Below, piece after piece: positions 12,301-24,300 of a stretch of DNA of 64,000 nucleotides. The notes below the pieces were generated by a model. The model was not told the origin of the DNA. It did no database searches and saw only the letters and a list, made by a program, of their open reading frames with translations. A program made the translations under genes and the position numbers. Origin of the DNA: Ophelia neglecta. Lineage: Eukaryota. How positions within the stretch are numbered: position 1 is the stretch's first letter; the number at the start of each line of letters is the position of its first letter. The stretch spans positions 72,354,001 through 72,418,000 of the forward strand of contig OZ260663.1 in the NCBI GenBank assembly GCA_965285935.1. Reading direction: 5' to 3'.

Positions 12301-15300
12301 TACCAGCCCCGATCACGCCCTCACTATTATCAAACATAAAATAATATCCAGACTAGCGCTTTTGCAGACACTTCAGTTCACATTTCTGCTTGTGGGTGTG
12401 AATTGCACTGACTTTAAATCGGCCACCTGTCCCCTTCAAAGTCATTGGCAAAATATAACACTGGCATTGATTGTGATCTTGACCCTTGTGGCGAAATTCA
12501 ATCAACAACCAAGATAATGGGCAGATAGTATCCTTGACGAAATTTTGTCCAATTAAACTTGATATTTCAGGTTATTGGCCTGTGGCCTGAGGCCAATTTT
12601 AAGTGAAAACTTTGTTATTTGCCTGCTGAGAGTAGTGTTAATTAAAATGGTAATCACCGTTATCTTTGTTGTTTCCTTGCAGGCGTCTGGGGAGAAGGCT
12701 GTGTGTTTCCAAAGTCTTGGCGTGGTAGGTGGTACCAAAATGGCATGGGGGAAGTGGTGATCGCCCAGTCCAATATCACTAAAAAAGGCTTTTGTCTGGA
12801 ACGACACCGGGATTATTATCTCATTCAAAACAGGTAAGACACCAATTATAACGCTGTCGTCTGCTCGTCCATGAAGCAGCTGATGATCAAATCACTGTAT
12901 TATGAAGCCTGTCATTAATTCAGTCTGTCGCCATAGCTGGCTCTGACAGCCTCATAAAACGGCACTCGTTGGTTGATCAGGAAACCATGGCGGAGACTGC
13001 AAATCTTCTTATCCGAAAGGGACGCGTGTTCAGAATTACTTTTAAGGGAGCAACAATGGTCATAATGCATCTGGCAGGTTGCCAGATTTTGTAAATATTC
13101 CGTTCTATCAACGATAAAGTTTGCAGTTTGTAATTAGTTTGATGTGTGACACTTAATCAATATTTAACTTAATCAAAGTTAATAAGATGGCAGTGCTAAT
13201 TCTGTCTATTATTTCGATTATGCCTCCCCCGGAGAGTTTGGCGCCTCGCGACCAGACGGCAATCTTGTCAAGTTTCTATGAATTAATGAGACTCGATTAT
13301 AGAAAGCGACTGGCTACCGAGAAAAATACTGCCATCAATGGCAGACGACGCGAAATTTGGGTCAGAGCAATATATTTTGTTTTATGGCGATTGTTTGGCG
13401 TGGAAAGCTGTTTGGGACCTGTTTGGTTATATCCGGTTTGTCTGATGCTCAAAAAGCTCCGTGCGGTGTTTCAAATAGGCTTTCTAAGCTGCTCAATACT
13501 GATTCAATTAATACACTTTTGCGCATAGGGGATCTGCGTCTGGTAGGTCTCCCGGCAGCTCATTGCTAACCCCAGACAGATAACGACGCCACGCTCCCTC
13601 CTGAGTGATCAGTCTAATTAAGTCTGTGTTTAAGGACAAATTGATTAAATTGTTCGTTAATAAGCATTGTCAAGGTCAAAACGAAAGTCATTGTATTATA
13701 ATTTGGAGAGGTACCGGTATGGTATCTGCTCACTATCCGTGTCATTCTCTCTTCTCTTTGTCCTTAGCAGAAACGGCATACCTAAAGTGTATATAGTACA
13801 GACGATACGCCTGGTTCCGTTTTCAGGCTGCAGGACGTTCTGGGTCTTGAAGCTTGCTAAAAATATAAATGAGTCTAGAAGGATGAGCTTGCCCTCGTAA
13901 AACACTGCTCTATAGCTGAAAACCCTAGTGCTGACAGACAACAAGCCCGTAGACAGAAGGAAAGACCGGAGTAAATATTGGTGCAGGCCCTTACTTTTCG
14001 GACTGTCTGCTCAATTACGTACCCATATCAGCCGACCCGCGTTACTGGTTTTGACTGCTATGCTTTGCCTGCTTTGTTTTATAAGTTTTATCAGATAATT
14101 TTTTATTTATTCTTCCCGCATCAGATTCATTTTATTTGATATTACTGCCCCCCCCCAAGACACACACACACACACCTTATTGGTCATTATTTATACACAG
14201 TAGAGGATTTAAAGGCGCTGGTGCTAGCAAAAGCTACATCTACTCCGGAACTGCATGCAGCTGGAAGTTATACCGTCAGGGAAGGAACAGTGATCTTAAA
14301 TCTTATATTATTACTTATTCAAATGAATAACGCTAGCCACGATACTACAGTACACATTGCCCACTGCACTCAGTGAGCATCGGTGATTCTAGGTTAGCTC
14401 CATTCAGATGACAGTTAATGTAGTGGAAATATTTCCCTGGTGAAATGCATAGATTCCATTAATCTTTGGAAGAGACATTGGTGGCGCATGCCTTAACCAT
14501 TATTGTTTATATAAACTCAATTGTGGCCTGGTCTCATTAAGAAATTCACCCGTTTCTTGTTCCTTTACCAGCGTGCTATGTACTAGGTTCTTTCTCACCA
14601 GCCACGGGTCCCGAAGGCCCGCTTATGGTCAAGCGTAGCCGCTGAGATGATCAATCAGCAATATTATTCAGTTGGCTTATTCACCAGGGTAACTACACTT
14701 CCAGCAATCACAGTGCTCACTCCTCTATACTAGAGAAACTTAATTCACTGAGAACAGTTACTACATCCATTTTCCTACCACTTCTTTCGGGGACAAACGG
14801 GGGTTGATGCATCGAACTCCGTCCATCGTCTGTGGGGACGGGTGAGTAATGTGGGTGGAGGTGGGAGGTGGCAGAAGTTGGAGGGAGGGGAGCGGGCGGA
14901 GGGGGGGGGGGTACAAGATGGTGAAGGGATATGACCTGGTGAGGTGGAGTATGGTGAGGGGATATGACCTGGTGAGGTGGAGTATGGTGAGGGGATATGA
15001 CCTGGAGAGGTGGAGTATGGTGAGGGGATAGGACCTGGCGAGGTGGAGTATGGTGAGGGGATAGGACCTGGAGAGGTAGAGTATGGTGAGGGGATATGAC
15101 CTGATGAGGTGGAGTATGGTGAGGGGATATGACCTGGAGAGGTGGAGTATGGTGAGGGGATAGGACCTGGAGAGGTGAAGTATGGTGAGGGGATAGGACC
15201 TGGAGAGGTGGAGTATGGTGAGGGGATATGACCTGGAGAGGTGGAGTATGGTGAGGGGATATGACCTGGAGAGGTGGAGTATGGTGAGGGGATAGGACCT

Positions 15301-18300
15301 GGAGAGGTTGAGTATGGTGAGGGGATAGGACCTGGATAGGAGAAGTATGGTGAGTGGATAGGACCTGGAGAGGTGGAGTATGGTGAGGGGATAGGACCTG
15401 GAGAGGTTGAGTATGGTGAGGGGATAGGACCTGGATAGGAGAAGTATGGTTAGGGGATAGGACCTGGAGAGGTGGAGTATGGTGAGGGGATATGACCTGG
15501 TGAGGTGGAGTATGGTGAGGGGATATGACCTGGAGAGGTTGAGTATGGTGAGGGGATAGGACCTGGATAGGAGAAGTATGGTGAGTGGATAGGACCTGGA
15601 GAGGTGATATAGGTGAGGATATATGACCTGGAGAGGTGAAGTATGGTGAGGGGATAGGACCTGCAGAGGTGAAGTATGGTGAGGGGATAGGACCTGGAGA
15701 GGTGAAGTATGGTGAGGGGATAGGACCTGGAGTGGTGAAGTATGGTGAGGGGATAGGACCTGGAGAGGTGAAGTATGGTGAGGGGATAGGAACTGGAGAG
15801 GTGAAGTATGGTGAGGGGATAGGACCTGCAGAGGTGAAGTATGGTGAGGGGATAGGACCTGGAGAGGTGAAGTATGGTGAGGGGATAGGACCTGGAGAGG
15901 TGAAGTATGGTGAGGGGATAGGACCTGGAGAGGTGGAGTATGGTGAGGGGATAGGACCTGGAGAGGTGAAGTATAGTGAGGGTATAGGACCTGGAAAGGT
16001 GGAGTATGGTGAGGGGATAGGGCCCGGAGAGGTGAAGTATGGTGAGGGGATAGGACCTGGAGCGGTGAAGTATGGTGAGGGGATAGGACCTGGAGAGGTG
16101 GAGTATGGTGAGGGGATAGGACCTGGAGCGGTGAAGTATGGTGAGGGGATAGGACCTGCAGAGGTGAAGTTTGGTGAGGGGATAGGACCTGGAGAGGTGG
16201 AGTATGGTGAGGGGATAGGACCTGGAGAGGTGGAGTATAGTGAGGGTATAGGACCTGGAAAGGTGGAGTATGGTGAGGGGGTTAGACCTTGGTGAGGGTG
16301 GTTTGTGGGAGGCATGCGTTTGTAAACTTCTTCATTATAGAACGATTGAGTACATCGACAAGGGCTATTTAATGTGAAAAGTTCGTCCTCAGCTTGCAGG
16401 ATAAATGATATAAATCTTTATTTGGTTAGTTGGTGTTCTGGTATTTCTTTTCTATGGTCCTTACGTCAATAGCACGAATTCCATCAATACATCACTGACA
16501 CAGCTCCTCAATGTGTTAATCTAGTATCACATGGAGATGAAGCCTGTAATGTAATTTGCCAAGGCTTTTGTCTGCATTTCTGAACGCGGAAAGATACGGG
16601 GCCGTGAAGGGGCTAGAGAGCCGCTAACATGTGCTCCCTGTCGCGCTGACTGCATCCATCTTCCTCTGCTCTTTCTTCCTGTTTCTCTTTGGTGGCTTCC
16701 ACGAAGTCATCTCTTGTAATAGACCTCCTGTCGACCCAAGGTACCATAAATGTCAGGAACGAAGCTAGGAACGAAAATATGATGAGAATTGACATTTGGT
16801 GGGAGAGCGCAGGCAGAAAGATATAGAATTATTTATTGGATTCATGGATTGTGCTTCTTGTCCGTATAGTAGGGGATAGAACGGGGCCATATATATCTTA
16901 CAAGCTCGTTGAGAGCTAGCTTGACACGCCATCAAATCAAGTCCAAATACGCTCCACATGACCGACGGCGTGGAACACCATTCCGTCATGTCTTCTGGAT
17001 CACCAGCCGCCATATTATTTACTATACGTGTGCTGTCTGTAGGGTTGGCAACCAGAAAATGACGCCTTGAAAGATCAACCAACTCATCTAGGCCAGATGA
17101 ACCATGTAAAGATATGATGCGGTGATTGCTAAAAGAAATGGGTAGTTGGAATGTGTATTAGTTTTGGTGTGACTTTTGTTATTTATATATTAACTGTATT
17201 GGAGTAATGTTACCCTGTTCTCAGTGTCATAACCTCCCAAGTAATTGGTTAGTGAGGGACGTAACTTATACCACTGTGAGCAGGGCAGGCTATTGTATGA
17301 AGCTACGAAATCTCACAGAAACTACTATATAAAGTGCTATATACCGAATCATTACGTTTACACGCGATGTGACCGTTTATGTCTTGAATACGTCGGGGTC
17401 CCTGATTGGTGCAATGCATCGAAAGTTCGGTTAAATGCCACCGAGTTATCTGCCGCTCGTTTGGTATCATGGCCACCGATTTTCTCGCTGATTTTAATGA
17501 AGAAACACATGTTCCTGATCTCGTAGTTAACGAAGCAGTGGCGGGAGTCGGTGGTGATCGCTCAGACTAATTGACATCTTTATCTTTCAATCAGCCAGAT
17601 CATAGCCAGGGGTCGGTGGAAAACATTCACCTGTCCGGGCGGGGCGTCATCTGGTGTCAGATATACATTTCACAATGACAGACTGGAGGAATCAAGTGTC
17701 AAACTTCTTGACCATCTAGGGAGCATTAATGTTACAAATGTTCCTGTTAGCCTTACACTCGTGTCTTACATTTCAAGCCATTTATCTAAAATGTCAAAGA
17801 GATCCCAATGGCATTTTCACGTGAAATATGGAATTTGCCTATACTGTGTGTACTGTTTCATTCATGCATAATTAATACGCTACATATGATGTATTAATTA
17901 TAAATAATCAATTGATGTCAGTTCCATGCAACCATCTTCATTTTCAACCGCCTGAGACTGTGACAATGATTAAATTTGAATCACAATTAATCATAATTGA
18001 TGAAACAGGCCTATACATTTCCCCGTGAATACTAAAGAGTATACCAAACATCCAGTTAGGAGCTCAATACATAAATATCATAATCGTACAACTTGGCCTG
18101 ATTGGGATTTTTCCCCGAAATACTGGTCGAGGCTGTGTGTGTGTGGGGGGGGGGGGGGATGGGTAGAGGTGTGAAGGGGCGGGGAGGGTTGTTGAGGGGT
18201 TGGGGTTGGGGTTAGGGTGGGGGGGATGGGGGAGGGGTGTGGAGGGATGAGAGGGGGGGGGGGGGCTTGTTATACAATCAGTATTATGCGTGTGACACTA

Positions 18301-21300
18301 TGCACACTATATACTAACGTGACATTGAACTTCTTACACATATGCGGGACATAGTAGTTAAATGCAGAGATCCTCCGTGTTAGTTATTTTCCCTTTGATG
18401 TAAGGGACCTTTGACTCAAACGTAATGCTTTGTCGAACGCAGTGCTATATGAAATGTATGCATCGCCGTCAGATAAAACAAATCCGACATCTCAATTTTC
18501 GATTGTATTGCTTACATTATTAAATGTCTTTTTCATATATCTGATATCCTAATATCTCAGATGTCCGACTATTTGTGTTTTATGTGACCATAGCTATAGT
18601 GAAAAATAAATATATTAAAGCATTTAAAAATCATTATAATTCGAAATGAAACTGACGTTTAGTATTTCACCCTTAATATTGAGATGGATACGGTGACAGT
18701 CATAAAACTCCAAGTATTAGTATTTCCGAGACAAGTCCTCTCTCGGACCAAAACCGCACATTTGACAGCGCGCTGAACAGAATTTAGTGCCAATGAAGGC
18801 GAATATATTGTTTGGGATTTTATCATTGTAAAGCGTGAGGATACAATACAGTAGGTAAAATTTAATATCAGACATGACGTATATATAACTCTTTAATTAA
18901 ACTGCCACACTGGGTAAATACAAGACAAGGAGTCACCAAAAGCATGTGAGTCAAGGATATTGTTATGATCCATTGTAATTATATGTCAAACACTATTTGT
19001 TTGAATATTGAAACAAATATGTAAAATGGCCGATTGAAGAATTTCTAGGCCATAATAAGTTTGTATGTTTCGCGCATCATTTATATCCGTGGTTGTAAGT
19101 ATAGCCTTAGTTCGCGCCCGTTCTTACGCGGAAAAAAACTTACTGGGCGGAATTAAACGGTTTGAAAAACTGCTTGCCTTTACAATACGCGTGAAATGAG
19201 ACTTTTTTTTCTGCGTGGTAGTAACCGTCGTCTGCCCTGAATTCGTTGACCTTCTGCGGGGAATTGAAATATGCGCGAAATTACCCGACGAGGTCCTATT
19301 TATTTGTTTTCAAAGTGGCTTCAGCTACATGAGGACTCCTGACTCTCTCTTAGACGGCTAGGAGGACTAGCCAGCACCACATGTTTACTAACATACTCCA
19401 CTCCCTTGATATTACCCTCGTTGCACTTGATAAATGGTATTCGTATGCTAATATTGTTATCTGACTTTGATTGCGGTAGCTAGCACTGATTAGAAGTTGC
19501 TTCTCTCGGTTCCCTAACCTCTTCATCATCGTTGAGTGGCTCAAGTGCCCACCGACATTGGTGCTTCGCTCATTTTCAACACCTGCCAACCGCGGCTGGA
19601 GGAACTAGAGACTACTCGGTTAGACACTTTCTTCCCAATATCTTCTTGATTACTTTTCTAACAAAGCTCTGCAGCCTAAATGGCCGAAATAATCGAAATG
19701 TGTGAGTTGCTGTGCAGTATTATGCCTGGGGAATATCAGTTTTGGAAAGTGTTATCAATTTACCTTCCGCCAGGACAAAGAAAATGTTATTTTAACGAAG
19801 ACCAAGCGTGCAAATATGCAAGGGAGCGTGCACTATTTCTCTTAACACAGTGAAAACAAACATTATCGCCATGTTTTCTCTTGCCACAGGGCTATCGATG
19901 GAAAAATTTCCAAGAAAAGCACGCATCCACTAAAACATCCAATCATCATTTATTTTTTCCGGGCTGCATTCACTGATGAAAGTGAAAGAGAGCACTGCCG
20001 ATTAACGCTATTCTTGTAACTGAAAAGATGTTGCGATGGGGGAAATGTCAAGTAATCATAGCCAGGGCGTGTTTACATTTGCCCGATTGAGCTACTAGTC
20101 TAAGAGACGCATTCTCACCCGGATAGGTCGCAATCAAGGTACACGTCTCGGAAAGGCCTGAGGGAATAACTGGAAGGACAGCAATCACAGGCAGATTCTG
20201 CTAGAAGGAAACCGATCTACATCTGATCGGTGAGGCTCCGCATACAAATGGCGAGAATAATCGATTATGTTCATGCACAATGCAACATTCCGTCTGAAAT
20301 ATGTCTTTTGTTCCCTGAGTAAGCACCCAAAAGGGAAGAATTGAGAGGAATGTGATACAAATCTAGATGCATTCCAGCTCAAGTACCCACTAAACAAACA
20401 CTACTTAGTTATTACACGTCACCTTAGGATTATGAATAAACAATAAATGCGTTTTTCCTATTTTTGTGAAGCGTCGCTTACTGTATAAACAGATTATCGC
20501 CCTTTTCATCCAAGAAGTAATGGAAGTTTAAACCCAAATTAATATATGTATTGCGTTTAATCGCTTCATAGAGATGCACTACCTGCAGTAGAATATTAAA
20601 CAGAAAATACACAGTACTTATATTTATATAAACAAGTGACCTCCAAGATAAAAAACACACAAAACTTATTGTATCTACCATCAAAAAGGCCTACAAGAAG
20701 GTTTTGTTTCTGGTAATAATGTTTCGGCAATGACAGCTCCCAACGTGCGTTTATGGTTCACCTCCAGTAAACGTACTGTCTGCGTTATTCTTAAGATGGG
20801 TTAACGGCCGATATAGTTACAGCCATAAGTCTTCAGCTATTTGTACGTTCACTCGAATGTATTTGTAAAATTATCTATAGTATTGATTAAATTTTGTTTA
20901 TATACTTAAGGTTTATTCTAAAGTTACTTTAATATATGGAGAATGGTTTAGTTCTCAACATTCCTGGTTAGAAATCCTCTTGTTTGCTCTTTTTGAAACT
21001 GCTCTAAAACATATACTGCATGCGCCCTTTTATAAAACGTTTTTGGAAATCAAGAGATAACATTTTGGATTAGAAAAACAAAGAATATATATTAATGCCA
21101 CATAGTCATGCATGCTTTTGTTATTAATTATTCAATAAACACAACCTTTACATCTTAAATAACTGTCCTTTAAGTAATTTATCACACAGCAGAGTTATTG
21201 TAATCTGTAGAACCCTTCGTTTTATAGGGAAGAACATTGTCACAAATGCCTGATTATTATGCGACGACACCACAACATCATCCAGTATAAAGAAGGTACG

Positions 21301-24300
21301 TTAACATTCCGGCCATGCTTCCGGTCTACCTCATTGAAATAAAGTAATCTATATACATGTATAAACTATAATTACATGTATTACGAATATTATCTCCCCT
21401 GATTTTGAGGTTAATCCTTGTTTGTATATTTACAGGTTACTGTGTTGGTAAAGACACCCTACAGGCTGTATGTGCCCAGATTCGTGTTGAAGCCGTTCTT
21501 TATACTCTGGTTCGAGGTAAATGCCGCATTTTACAATTCCAAAATGCAAAAGATGCTCTTCCTGCTTGATTAAATGTTTGATTGATTGTTTTCCATGACT
21601 TAACAAGTGCGCAATTAAGCATAAATAATTATTTGTAGTTGTAAATTCAAAATTTAGTTTTTTAATTGATTGTTCTTTCCCAATCTGTGTTAGAGCCCGC
21701 CTCGCCGATTCCAAGCCCGTTTGAAGGCGCCTATCATTTCACCTATAATAACAACTCAGGAGGTTTTTGTCGGAATCCCATGTCTTACGTACACCAGTGT
21801 GCCTCCCAGTCTAAGTTCAGATTCCAGTTCCGTTACTGCGACTATGCTGCATACACGTACAATAAGGGTAAGTCCTTTTTTTCCTGAAATTCAATCACAA
21901 AAATTAGCAGATACTTGTATTTATTCATGGGCATAAAAGATCAGTGTCATGGAAGATTGGTGTACCATGCCTTTAAATCTCCCGTATAGAATGCCAAAGC
22001 ATTAGATCAAAAGATTACGTTGAATGGTATCCTAGTCCTCATTCATCTTCGTTTGAACAATTACTGTCTCTCAAACAGAGCTTGAATACGAGTGTTTGGC
22101 CACTTGGAAGGATGGCTCAGATCTCTACATGTATGGAGGTTTTACCGGCCCCGGTATAACGACCAAGGACGATATGTACCGATGCTTTGTAAGTCTTCAT
22201 AATTTGTGGCAGTCACACTATATTTTCATATTCATCAAAGCAGTAAAACCAATAAGCCTAATCGAATTATTATTATTTTCTGATTCATTGTCATTTTTTC
22301 AGATGTATCAGAAGTTAGGAACAGTAGTTTATATTTCTATGTCGGCAGACGCCACCTGCCGGGGACTTCGTGACTCCCGAGATGGCCCGCTTGTTATGGA
22401 ATTTACAAAAGGTAAGGCATAGTGTATACAGCGGGCAATTCCGTAGACCAAGCTCTGACCCCCAAAATACTTTTGATAATTGTATATGCCTGGTGTAGAA
22501 AAACAGATTCCCCGAAACTCAACAGAGAAGGATTACCTGCTTCCTTCGGCCAGTGTGAAAATTGTGTCGGTTACAGAAAACTCATATAATGAACTTATTT
22601 AAATGTAAAACTACTGATGTTTGTTGTGAAGTAAGAAATAGAAATTTGCATACAAACCGTGTGTACTCCATATGCAATTCGCCAACTGTAATTTGCCTAA
22701 TTGAATATATATTATTTGAATATTTAAATGTATGAGTGTTTATTTAAGATAAAGCAAGCAACGTCCGGGCATTACCTGGACTCAGAAGTGTGTTTGAGGG
22801 AAATAAATCATAAATATATAGTGTATGTTTCGGCAATTAAAGTCTGCTTATCGGTGGGGGTTTTAAAATCATTGTTGTTGCAATAATGTTGGTTTGCCCT
22901 GGAAACGGGAGTACTTACACAGCAAATAAAGCAAAATCACTGATCAAGAGACGGCTACAAGATAATAGCTAGTCAAAGATAGACCAAAAAGAGAAAAAAG
23001 AAAAACGCGACAAAGAACGCTCGCCTTAATGGTACTCGCTGCAATATTCTTCGCTGGGAGAAATAACAATTTCTGGCTACTGATGCTCCAAATAGACACA
23101 AATTACCCGACAACTTGAAGTGGAATCTATTGTCGCTATGACGTGGAAGACAAACGACAGAAAACAAGGGATCGGGTACCCGGTAGACAAAGCAAAGTAT
23201 TAATGAAGAAAAGTCCATTAAATTCGGTCCGAAATCCTTATGAACTGGCAGCCACATACACCAAGTTCTGATGTTACGTATAGCAATTTTCTTTCTGTGC
23301 AGCATATGTTGCCATGCTCTTAAATGACATAATGACTGTGCTCGATTTGATCCAGATGTATACGGATGGCCGGAACCGGAATGCGCATTCCCCTATTGGC
23401 TGACCACAGACACGTGGCGCGATCTGTCGGGCAGACACACTTACCGCAGTCCAACAGATCAAGAGCTTAACGTCAACTACCAACACCACCGCAATATGAC
23501 GTCATATATAAGGACCACTTACAAGTGCATGCGCATTGAAGAAGAAAACCACACGGCTATTGAGATGGTGACCTTACTCAGTTATACAATCGACCAATGG
23601 TAAATCAGATTTAAACTTTCATGCCTAGCTTACAGACCAAAAATAGACGCCACAAGCGTATGTGAAAATATATATTGTCCTTATGAAACTACTGTTTGAA
23701 ACCGAATCAACTGAGAGTCCACTGATGAACAGGTCTTTGTTTCATACAGTGCGCCAGAGTTCCAATGTATACGAATTGTGAAGCGACAACCGAATGTTCT
23801 TGAAATAATTCGTGGAGATTTCGTAACATGGAACCACCAGGCATGTACCGACTCGGATTTCACAGCACCAACAAAACATTTATTGATACGTAAGTAGGCC
23901 AATAAACCATCATTCTTGTGTTTTTGGTTCTTCAAAGTATTTAAACATCACAGTTGTGATTGATGATGGTCAAATATCCAAAATAATGACATCCATGCGA
24001 TCTAGCTATATAAGTTAAGTGCATGATGTTTCAGCTCTGGTGATGACATCGCGCCCATGCCCATATAGTGGTCGGTTCACTTCGCCACCCGACGACCAGA
24101 CCCTGTGCCAAGTTGAGGTGACATCAGAATGTAAAAGTATTGGTCGTCTGGACATACATTCTTCTTGCTATAGTCGCCCTGGTACGCAATATATAATAAT
24201 ATATATATAATGGAAACACACGCTGAATGTCTTTCAATAAAAAGAGATAAATAACTTATTTAAGAAAGAATTGGAATTAAACTTAATTATGAAACTTTAA

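Noticed and set aside
14918-16298. CRISPR-like array
   Set aside because: Units are head-to-tail with no unique spacers, there are no cas genes, and the context is a eukaryotic intron.
14717-16315. 532-aa minus-strand and 219-aa plus-strand repetitive ORFs (PGPIPSPYFTS, GEGIGPGEVKY) resembling structural or biomineral proteins
   Set aside because: Both are readings of the 33-bp intronic minisatellite. The minus ORF changes peptide repeat at a 1-nt deletion with no sign of frame selection, and neither ORF has a signal peptide or convincing splice sites.
18196-18217. Interstitial telomeric repeat
   Set aside because: Only one TTAGGG and two TTGGGG units within a generic G-rich tract.
23395-23536. 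Apparent nested promoter: ATTGG, CACGTG, palindromic CRE ATATGACGTCATAT, TATATAAG and an NRF1-like GCATGCGCA
   Set aside because: All of it lies inside coding exon 8 (23356-23599), whose reading frame is supported by protein motifs and splice phases.
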